From Carcharhinus longimanus (taxonomy: Eukaryota), in NCBI GenBank assembly GCA_030264375.1, contig JASCQW010000027.1:101406320-101470319 (forward strand): a stretch of 64,000 nt of DNA, in the 5' to 3' direction. The translations under genes were made by a program, and so were the position numbers. The number at the start of each line of letters is the position of its first letter. The stretch's first letter is position 1. Below are positions 53,419 through 64,000 of the stretch, in pieces. Below the pieces are notes generated by a model. That model was not told where the DNA came from. It did no database searches and worked only from the letters and a program-made list of their open reading frames with translations.

Positions 53419-54623
53419 GGTTTGCTGATTGGTCGCAGTACTTGTCCCACATTGGCCATTCTTGTCGCAAAACCTAGATATGGAACAAATTGACCAGTTT
53501 CAGGGAATAGGTTGAGGTTGAGGAATGGAATGCAACCAAACCTGATCTTCTGTCCATCTGGCTGATGAGTACTTTCTCAGGAGGGAGTAACAGAGAGGAG
53601 GGCTGTAATCAGTTCTATTATCTTGCCAGAGATAATCTACCTCGTCATAAATAAGCAACCATACCTGGGTCTCTGAGACCTTTCTCTATGGCTCAGTGCC
53701 ACATTCTTCAATGCATTCCTCACTAGTTCATTGAGCAGTTTTATAATCTGCTGTTTGTTTTCTCTTTGTGCCACGATATGAATTTATTTTCCAATGTGGT
53801 CAAGGAATGGCGTATTATGCTCATACATATCTCCCAAATATTCAAAGCATTGTTTTTACAACTGAAACTATTTTATAAGTACTTTTTTGGATTTTTTTCT
53901 ATTTAATGGACTCTCCAAAATTTAGCAACAGCCAAGTATTGGAGAAGTTGAATGTTGATGAATGACACAACTTATAGAACTTTTTATCCATGTGTTAATC
54001 ATGGGTGATGCTCATACATTAAGAGTAGCATTGGCCACATGCATATACTTTGGAGGTCATTACTTAATGTCCTAGCCTACCTTCATTTGCCTGTTGCACC
54101 CTGCACATCAGTATAATTATGTGCACTCTGTACGTCAGTGCAATTATGTGCACCAGTTCTGCTGCGCTAACAATGCAATGACCTGTGCCAAGACCCACTC
54201 CAAAGTCAGCCTGCTCAATAGTCCACAGTAGGTCCCAAGACCTGCCTTTCCTTGTGAGTTCATTACTTTCTTCCTTTGCTCAATTGAAAGGGAATGGAAC
54301 ACCTGCTCTATCCAAATTGAATTTAATAGCAGAAAATGGGATTTGGGTTTTCGTCCTCTGACTTCATCAATACGTGTTCTAACTACTTAAACTGAGATGG
54401 AGTAGCACACTAGTGCCACAGTGTGGTGGCTATTATTGTCTTCTGCACTGGGAAACTATCAAACAAAAGTATGATTCTTCTCTACAGCTATGGAGAAAAA
54501 AATTAAGAAGGAAATTTGTCCCCATTCTGCGCGCTAAGCACCTGCTAGCTGCTCAAAGCAGTATTGACAAAGGCTAGGGAGCTGGCTAAACATTCACATT
54601 CTTGGCTGTAACCAGTTTGTTTT

Positions 54624-54770
54624 GATGTGGAGATGCCAGCATTGGACTGGGGTAAACACAATTAGAAATCTCACATCACCAGGTTAAAGCCCAACAGCTT
54701 TATTTGGTAGAAAAGCTTTTGCTACCCAATAAACCTGTTGGACTTTAACCTGGTGTTGTGAGACTTCTTA
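54624..54770. repeat. Fold-back element, copy 2 (same family as 13495-13600)
   Basis: Shares the leader gatgtggagatgccagcattggactggggtaaacaca; imperfect arms of about 50 bp centred on aaaagctttt (about 54711-54720). Confidence 0.88.
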
Positions 54771-55610
54771 GCAGGAGAGTTGTATGAAAATGTTATTTGA
54801 TTGTTTAGACTAGAATGGCTAGCAAACTGAAAAAGAAATGAAATCCAAATGGAGTATTAAGTTTATGAAAAAAATTAGTGTACTGCTGGCAGAATGATGA
54901 CAAATATTTTGTGTGCATTTGGCATGTGCACCACATGTGCATTACAAATTTTTAATAGCCCATGCAGTGCTTTACATACTCAACAGCGCTCCTAAAGTGA
55001 ATGCACTCACGCCTACTATAAAAGACAATGTCTAAACGCCGGGTGGATATCATTCTTATTTCGTCCACCGCAGGCTAGGATTTTTTGTAGTTCCACAACC
55101 CAGAGCGACTGATGGACTTTGCCAACCAACTCCAAAGTAAATACATTCGTACAGCATTTTAGCTTTGTTGACAATGAATTGAGCAGCATTGTATGAACGA
55201 CGGTTGAAGCAGCACGCTCCTGTCTTTATTCTCAGGCACGCTGATAATGGATCTCTTAAACTATGTTTAATAGTTATTTAAAACTTCACATGTTACTATT
55301 ATGGTTCCAAAATTGTCTTGTTTGCTGCATCATTACCCACAGCTAATCTTGCAGCTAATAAGCTGTATAAATGGTTCACTTTAGTGATTTTTAAATATTA
55401 TGGTTAATGGTGCTTATGACAGATAAACAAATCACAATTTCCAGTTCAAGTCTTATATTTTGCACTCGCTGTGAGTGTATATGTCCCTCCATAGGAATGG
55501 TGTAGGAGATGTTTACGTCAAGCAGCAATTTTACGTAGTATTGTATAACTGAGTTGTCATTTTGTATCTTTTTTTCCTTTCCCCTGTATTTGTTCTAAAG
55601 GATATTTTAA

Positions 55611-55922
<312 letters not shown>

Positions 55923-57449
55923 TAAAATTATAAAAGTGAATCATACAGCTGCGTGAACAAACTTGAACGACAAATTGATGAAAGAACTTGTTTCAGACAA
56001 TGCTTCATTGGTTTTCATCCTTACTTTAGTTGATTGAATTTGTGATGGATTTCATTTCCATTTGAAATATGAGCAATCAAAGTTTTGCCAAAAAATGTGG
56101 TAATGCACCATAGCCAGGAAGTTTTCAAGTTCAATTTTGGACCTCAAGAGTTAGGTGACCTTGGCCAAGGTGGTAGCCGAGATTCATATAGCCTTAGAAT
56201 TCAGAGAAGAAATCTCAAGCCACAGTACATAGACATTCACTCACACCTTTGTCCTTGGTTAGACAACTTGCAAATACTCACAGTCCAATCTTGCTTGAAA
56301 NNNNNNNNNNNNNNNNNNNNNNNNNNNNNNNNNNNNNNNNNNNNNNNNNNNNNNNNNNNNNNNNNNNNNNNNNNNNNNNNNNNNNNNNNNNNNNNNNNNN
56401 TCCAATCTTGCTTGAAAAGGAAAAATAATCTTGCATTTGCATCTTTCACATCCTAAGAATATCCTGGACTTCACTTGTCTCCTTTTTGTATGCTTTTACT
56501 TATCCTTTTCTGAAGAAGATGATGCCAAGGAATAGATCTAAGAGTGGAATGATCTCTAATATTTCATCAGAAGGGCATGTCTTGGTCTTCTGTGAACAAA
56601 ACTTTTTTTTGGTGTGGTCTGTTTTGCCTCCTGGATTGTTTTGGAACCAAGTAGTATGTTAGCTTAACAATATGATAACAGTGAGTAATGGCATGAACTG
56701 ACTGTATGTCAAACTGCCCAGGAATAAATGTCTGAGTTTCCATTGCTATGTTTTTTTTTACATACAGCCCATTGGTTATTGTTTGGGAAAAATAATATTG
56801 CTGTTATTATCGATGCAATGCTGGACATCTGAATTGAGTTGTAGACAATTTCAATGTGATGAAACCAATATTTCACTCAGTCAAACAAGGAGAGGTGTTA
56901 ACTAAATTCTTATTACGTTTGCTTAATGGGAATTGATCTGATGCATTTTCTTTTCATTTCTTTGCCAGATTTGCTATAGTTACACACATTCTTCCTCTTG
57001 TTTCTCTGCAAACTGGGCAGTTCACATCAGATTCATTACAGATCATCGCCTCTCTAAGTCATTTTGTTCTGCTGTTTGGTGTTCAACTGTTGACCAGCAG
57101 AGGTAGCTTGAGTGAGACGAATGAGGCACTGGCACACCAAGAATTGTATTCTGACCTTAGGGCAGAAAGCAAGAGATATTTACATCTGTGGATGTATTTA
57201 TTTAACATTAATTGCTAGTAAGTCATCTGTGCCTTTGTTTTTTTCCTTGACTTTGTATCTCCTGAGGCAGCACGAGGCTTTTATTTTCTTCTTTCGCAGC
57301 AGTGTTATTGTTCAGGTGGGACACAACATATCTGTCTTCTCTGGTTTGGGACTGAGTTGCTAGGTCTGGAAGTATCATTCCAGGAGATCATGCAGGTTGT
57401 GTGTGAGCATCCTGTTTTCTTCCTCTAGTTTTGATGGCTGTTTTGGCAT

Positions 57450-57522
57450 TAGAACATAGAACATAGAACATAGAACACTACAGCACAAACAGGCCCTTCG
57501 GCCCACGAGTTGCGCCGATCAC
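57450..57522 (-). mobile_element. Young CR1 3' tail cut by gap
   Basis: (tagaaca)4 + ctacagcacaaacaggcccttcggcccacg. Confidence 0.85.
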
Positions 57523-58106
57523 NNNNNNNNNNNNNNNNNNNNNNNNNNNNNNNNNNNNNNNNNNNNNNNNNNNNNNNNNNNNNNNNNNNNNNNNNNNNNN
57601 NNNNNNNNNNNNNNNNNNNNNNNNNNNNNNNNNNNNNNNNNNNNNNNNNNNNNNNNNNNNNNNNNNNNNNNNNNNNNNNNNNNNNNNNNNNNNNNNNNNN
57701 NNNNNNNNNNNNNNNNNNNNNNNNNNNNNNNNNTTGCCATATCAAACATGCAAATGAAATGAAAGTCGTTGAGTGACTTCCTTCTGTTGAGCTTCACACA
57801 TTGGACCTGATTTTTAATCAGTATTCCGGTGTACGTACCGGCTTCACTGATGCACCGTGTGCAGAAGGCGTGCGGTCAGCTGGAAACTAATGTCCTTGTC
57901 AGTGTCTTTTTTGGCCTTTTAAAAGCCCTTTTTAGACAGTTCATTATATGTTTCGGTAGTTGCTGAAATTACAGGTTAATACCAATGAGTCACAATTCCC
58001 ATCATCGTAACAAGTTTGACCAGTATGAACCAAGAATTAGACAAGTTTGAAGTCATTATGAAGTTATTAAGTCGCTTCCAAAAACCTCTATGCCCTCTCA
58101 TTTTAG

Positions 58107-58263
58107 GTGTATGATGGAAAAGATAACAGCTTTCGGCGCCTCGGAGTTTTTACTCAATCAGAATTGCTGGGAGTTGTTTTAAATAGCACATCAAACCATA
58201 TGTGGCTTGAGTTCAATACAAATGGAACTGCAACTGAGCAAGGATTTGAACTGACATTTACAA
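58107..58263 (+). CDS. CSMD1: CSMD1 internal exon, C-terminal part of CUB domain 7 (exon 23 equivalent), phase 0-1, 157 bp; not in the ORF track on this strand
   Basis: ctctcattttAG acceptor, GTAAGT donor at 58264. Translates VYDGKDNSFRRLGVFTQSELLGVVLNSTSNHMWLEFNTNGTATEQGFELTFT. Confidence 0.95.
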
Positions 58264-58624
58264 GTAAGTGAGTGGAATTTATAAAGCAAGATTTGTATTT
58301 TGTTGCCCTGTTCATCAGTCGGTGCTGAATATTTAGTGTTTCACAGATGTATTGTGGTGTTGTAAACCATGTATGGATGCTTGAATCTGTGGGATAGATG
58401 TAACAAAATTGTAACAATGTTTCTGAACTTTCTACAGCTATAGTGCAGAGGAAACATTGCGTCCAATGCCCACACCCATGTCCCTGTCCCATTCCCACAT
58501 ACATGTAAAGGATTAAAGTAGCATTTCTTACTGTAGCAAAATATAAATAAATTGGCAGTCATGGTGTTTGGTGTATTTCTGCAATAGTCTCTTCAAAACC
58601 ATATCCACATTGTTGTGTTTACGA

Positions 58625-59050
58625 CATCAACAACTTGCATTTAGAAAACACCTTTAAATATAATAAAACATCTGAAATTTCCTCAAAGGAGTTTTAACAA
58701 TCAAAATTTGATATTGAGAGATGTAAATTGTTATTAAGACAGATGAGCAAAAGTATTGTCAATGAGATGGGGGTTAAGGAGCATCTTGGGGGGAGAGGGA
58801 GAGGGGTCAAAAGGCAGAGTTTAGACAGGAGCATCTACACTAANNNNNNNNNNAGTACGATATGTGCAACAACAGGTTAAAATTGGAGGAACACAGATAG
58901 TTTGGGGGATTGTAGGACTTGAGGAGGTACAAAAAAGAAAGGGGTGAGATCACGGATTGATTTGAACACATGGATGAGAATTTTCAAATTGAGCCTGCAT
59001 GGGTTATTAGACGTATGATTCATGGGTGACCAGGTCTTGTTGCAAGTTCA
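58625..59050 (-). mobile_element. Decayed L2 3' end
   Basis: caacaacttgcatttag...caaaatttgatattgag...taaggagcatctt. Confidence 0.6.
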
Positions 59051-60099
59051 AATGCAGGTAGCACCACAGTACCAGAATTAATGGTTCCTACAAGTCACTG
59101 ATAAATAAGATTGTTGTGCATGTGTTTTATGCTGCTAAGCTTCCTGCTTTTTGGGTAGCATTATTTGTAAAGTTAGATCCAGATGCAGTGCTGGCACAAT
59201 ATTTTGTTGCCTGCTGGCCTCTGTCTTTTGTTTTGCTGTGTTGTTGGATAATGCAATTTTAGTCATTACTGGGATGATTTTACCTTTTGGTTGGGGTGAG
59301 ATTGAATTGGTGGCCTATCCTTCACAATCTGATTTTCCTACCCTTTGACTGCAATAGATAAGCAAATTGGGTGGTTATACAGTGGGCAGCTGATACACTA
59401 CCATCCGTATTCTATCATCGTTGAAAATAAAAATCAATCTGCTTGTTTGTGTAAAGGAACTCTGGCCTTTTGGCGGGTTCTGTTTTTTTGCATCATTTAC
59501 GAACCTGATTTTCAAAAATTGTTTTGCTATTGGGAGGAATCTCTTCTATCTCTTTGTTTTTCAGCCAAATATTCTTCAGATTTGGTGCACGACAAAATTC
59601 CAGAAGAGTGACTTAAAGGTGTGCCTTAGGCTTGCACCTTTTTGAGAAGTGCCCTTGCAATTTTAAGGTCTTACCATTTGATTATTGGTGCTTCAGTGAG
59701 CTGACGGCATGTTGAACTCAGAATGTTAGAAAAATTGTTGGAGTCTTCTTGAATTAATTGGTGCTTTATTGTCTGATATACGCTAACTTGTATTCAAAAT
59801 AAGTTTTGACTTTTCTTTTTCAAATCTCAAAGTCTGTCATCAGAATTGACAGAACGTATGAGAATTTTTTTCCACCTATTTCAAATTGATTACAACCTCC
59901 TTGAGCCTTCTTAACATGTGGTGATTAATAAGCAGTTCACTTTGCTGTTTGGATTGTAACTGTTGACATCCATCAAAGTGTGTACACCAATATGCCCTTG
60001 CTCATCAGAGATTGGTGAATGATGTCTCTTGTTCTCTGTGCACAACTTTACATTTCAATGTAGTCTAAAAGTTAATTTATTCTCCCATGCATCACCAAA

Positions 60100-60720
60100 A
60101 CACTCTATTTCCATCTCTGTAACATTCTTCAACATCATCCCTGTCTTAGCTTATCTGCTGCTGAAACGTTTGTCCATGCATTTTTGCCAGACAATTTCTG
60201 TGCACTCCTAACTTGACAATGATGTCCTGTCCTTTGTAAACTTGAGGGCACTCGGGCCTCTGCTTTCCATGTCCGAACTTGCATTAAGACCTGTTCACCC
60301 CAGTGCTCATTGATCTGGTCCCTCTGCTATGCTGTGCCTCAATTGGCTCATTGTTAGCTCCTTGTTTTCAAATCCCTCCTCTTCCTAGCCCATCTTTATC
60401 TGCAATCCTTTCCAATCTTCTGAAATCCATGCTGCTCGAGTCTTTTGAACATTCCCAATTTTATTTCCTCCACTACTGGGGGCTGCACCTTCAGCTGCCA
60501 AGGCCCTCAGTTTAGGAATCCCTGCCCTAAACCTCCCAATTTTCTGCCTCTCTTTTCCTCCTTTAAGATGCTGCTTGAAACCAATTTGCTATTAATCTGT
60601 CCTACATCCATACCTCCTCATGTGGCTCGATTTTGAATTTTGTTTTGTTATGCTGCTATAAAGTGCTTTGGGGTGTTTTCCTACATTTGAGGCATCAAAT
60701 TAATACAAGTTATTATTATC
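60100..60720 (+). mobile_element. Decayed L2 3' end
   Basis: ctgctgctgaaacgtttgtccatgcattt...ccttcagctgccaaggccctcag...gaatccctgccctaaacc...tgctttggggtgttttcctacatttgagg. Confidence 0.7.
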
Positions 60721-62649
60721 AGTATAACTAACTATTCATCCTACATTGGGCAAAAGCCCATTCAATTTGCCAACTGTTTTTCTCTGGTTGAAAAATGTTG
60801 AAATATACTTTGCTGTATGAAGCTATTTTGCATTTATTGTCAATGATTTCTTCATTTATTCCAGAAGCTTGCTGAGTGTTGGTCATTCCAATCTTAAATA
60901 GAGGTGCAAATATTGCAGTAATCAATATACTTATATGTTTTATACTTACTATTGCTCCTAGCTATATGTCAATTAACATGACATTCATATCTCCTTTTCT
61001 AATTGTATAATACAGAAATTTTCTGCTAAATGCATCAACAACAATGCGTCATGCCCTTTATTCAGATGATAGAAAATTCATATTTTTGAAAATGCGGCAT
61101 CAGCTTTTGGAGCATTACTTAAACATTTTTTTTTCAAAACAGTTTCCTTGACATATTTTGCCTCAAGGCTTATTTTTAATGGCTATGAGTTTTTTTACAC
61201 AAACTGAGCATCAATTCTCTCTTTCATTTTGTTAGAAATCTTGATGTGTAAGGCACAAACTGTCTTCCTTCCATTGGACTTGCTCCAAGTCCTAAGTACT
61301 TGCTTATTGATGTTGAAGTGTTTTCGTACTAATGATTGAGAAGTAATCTTTCTGACCGTACATGGATCTTATCTTGGCGACAAAGTAAAGAAAGTAAACA
61401 TAAAAGAAGTGGTGTGAACCTTTGATAACCTGAGAAAACTGGAGACGAAAGAGAGTGATACTCGGAATTTTCTGCATTTCTTTTTTGTTCAGGGGAGAAA
61501 GAATTTTAAGAACTACTTCGCCTTAGAAGAACCTTTTTGTTCCAATTCATCTCCACCGTGATTGAGTCAAATGTTCCACTTTTCACATTTTGAGCTTAAT
61601 TTTATTCTTGTTTATCTTGAAGCAATTTATTTTTCTTTAACGGAGCTTCCAATTTCTGATCAGGATTCTGTGGCTCTTACGCTTTGGACTTAAATGTCAT
61701 CTGCCAAAACAATGACTTAGGAAAAACAAGCAGTTATCTGTATCTTCCAAATGGTTTTACAGGTCTCATTTCTTCATCAAACGTAACACGTCAAAAGTAA
61801 TAATAGTGCACCTGAAACCATGAATGTTTGTTTTTGTTTCACCCTTTCAGACAGAACATCATTTATTGAGCAGACTGAGGGCTTTGTTCCGTTGATTTGG
61901 ATTCATGCATTAATGCACTTTATCATTCTCCTTCATTGTCACTACCATTAAAGAGTTCCAGTCATTTAGAACACTGGTGTAGGAACTTTTCTCATTAAAT
62001 CATTAAACTCTTTACGCAGCTAAAGATTGGCAACTATGCAGATAGAATATAGAGATTGATTTGAATGGAGTTGAAAGTACCAGTAACTTTCTTTTGTGTT
62101 TTGAAAGAAGCTGCAAGTATCAGCAACACAGAAAATGATTTGTGTGTGAGAAATAAACTAACTCTTTCACTTTATGTTGGGCTTGCTCTGCAAATTATTT
62201 ATGGAGGATTTACACATTCCAAACTTAAGGGTTGGAGAAGAAATGCCACTATTTATTAAGGGAGAAATCAAAAATCAGAAAACATCTCATTGTTTATGGA
62301 TGGGTAGTGAGAGAAAAAATCAAAGCTGGCCAAATTAACCCTCATTGTCCAAAACAATATAATGGTTTTATACAGATACAAAAAAATTCAAGAGAATGCA
62401 AGCAAGAAATTGGGCTCATTTTGGATACTGTGGATGCCCTTAGAACTCCAAAATGCTGTATGTCGACTGCTGGGACAACTTAGACTGGGCTTTGCGGTGT
62501 TAGTGTGCACAGTTAACAGAATCCAGAAATATGCAGAACAGGTAGATGATGACATTGATCAACATATACTGATCTGCAGTTTGATTTTAGAGCTCAGTGT
62601 CCCCATCCCCACCTTCTTGGAATCCATACAACTGAACACGCATATTCAG

Positions 62650-62812
62650 ATAGGAGGACCCGCGAATGGCATTGTGGGTCAACTCACAGCACATGGACTG
62701 CAGCGATTCAAGAAGGCAGCTCACCACCACTTTCTCAAGGGCAACTAGGGATAGGCAATAAATGCTGACCAGCCGGTGACGCCCATGTTCCATGTATGAA
62801 TAAGAATAAAAG
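62650..62812 (+). mobile_element. CR1-like LINE 3' end sharing its tail with the Deu-domain SINE
   Basis: cacatggactgcagcgattcaagaaggcagctcaccaccactttctcaagggcaactagggataggcaataaatgctg...gaataagaataaaa (HGLQRFKKAAHHHFLKGN*). Confidence 0.75.
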
Positions 62813-63271
62813 AAATAGTGATCATCAGTTACTTTCAGGTTTGCTGCTGATTGATTTTTATTGGCTCTTGCTCTTATAAAAGTCTTTGATACTTTCCATT
62901 GCTGTTTCAAGTTGCACAAGCCTCAGGGTGTGAGTGGTTGGTAGATGCTGAAGGATCTTTGTTGACTTCAGAGCAGATGAATAGAACAAGACTTGGCAAG
63001 GTAACATAAAGCTGAATAGCTGTTGGAAGAGGGAGGAAAGGAAAGGGCTTTCAATGGGGGAATGCATCAATCCATGATGTTCAAGGAACAATTCTCTGAG
63101 ATAAACATCAGTGAAGAACAACATGTTTGATCTTGAGGCAGATCTCACTTCATAGCCTGTAAATTTGATCTTAAATAAGGATGTCCTCACTGGAATCTGC
63201 CGCTTGGTACAGCCAGACCTGCAATCCCAGCAAAGGGCAAGAATCTCTCTTCTATTCCATTCTCTCTTTGC

Positions 63272-63668
63272 AGAATCATAGTATCTTTATGCTGCATGAG
63301 GGAACCATTTGGCCCATCCAGTCTACACTAGTTTGCTGAAAAAACATTCTACTTTGCTTAATCCCTGTAACCTTCAACATTCTTTCTTTCCAGATAGAAA
63401 TCCAACTCCCTTTTGAATACCTTGATCGAACCTGCTCTCTCAATCCACTCAGGAAGTTAATTCGAAATTCCAACCACACTCTGAGTGAAATATGTTTTCT
63501 CACAGCACTTCAACTCCTTTTGCCCAATCTGTTGAATCTGTGCCCTTTAATTCTTCTTATACTCTTGAGAGGGAACAGTTCTTCACTAATTACCCTGTCC
63601 AGACCAGTCAGAATCTTGAATACCTCTATCAAGTCCCCCCTCAGCCTTTTCTTCTCCAAGGAAAATCG
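63272..63668 (-). mobile_element. CR1 3' end
   Basis: Minus ORF FSLEKKRLRGDLIEVFKILTGLDRVISEELFP...KGHRF. Confidence 0.85.
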
Positions 63669-64000
63669 ACAGTCGGATAATAGACTAGCAAACAAAGAGA
63701 GGACCTGGATTCCTGGGATTGTATGTTTTTCCATGATGTCCCATCCAACTCACCTTGTGGGTGCCAAACTTTGTCAAATACTGTAATGAAAAATGATGTA
63801 AATCCAAATGATGGAGAGCATAGATAGGGAATTGTGCCTGGTATCATTGCAACAGTCATGATGCCTTTGTTTTCTGGCAGGCAGAAGAAGGCTATCTGGA
63901 CAGCCATTTTTGTTGTGGAAAAGTACTCATTCAAGTATAATACCACTACTTAAAACTCCAATTGGCCATTCACCACAAGCCCATCACAGGGTCTGCTTGG

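Noticed and set aside
56620-56640. ttttgcctcctggat, similar to the CUB5 LPPGW codons
   Set aside because: Flanks do not continue the CUB peptide and the position is out of exon order.
58264-64000. Search for the next Sushi7 exon (FDLVKCEDPG...)
   Set aside because: Not recognised in the remaining sequence; presumably downstream of the window.

Overview
Vertebrate genomic scaffold with 13 N-gaps; the repeat content points to a shark (cartilaginous fish). It lies inside one large + strand gene, CSMD1 (CUB and Sushi multiple domains 1). Nine coding exons with AG/GT boundaries are visible. They encode Sushi3-CUB4-Sushi4 and Sushi5-CUB6-Sushi6-CUB7, and their lengths (183, 327, 195, 189, 117, 216, 189, 170, 157 bp) match, from memory, human CSMD1 exons 13-15 and 18-23. 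The two exons for CUB5 are not visible and most likely sit in the 100-N gap at 30024-30123. The introns are full of decayed mobile elements: CR1, L2, RTE and possibly Tx1 LINEs, HE1/V-type SINEs, Deu-domain and LF-SINE-like SINEs, Penelope-type fold-back elements, and PIF/Harbinger-like MITEs with fossil Myb/SANT and probable DDE-transposase coding remnants. Most ORF-track entries are spurious or repeat-derived. I see no convincing previously undescribed biological system; the best leads are the missing CUB5 exons, the Harbinger fossils, the long hairpins and an inverted RTE 5' segment. All family assignments come from motif recognition, not database searches, and repeat boundaries are approximate.
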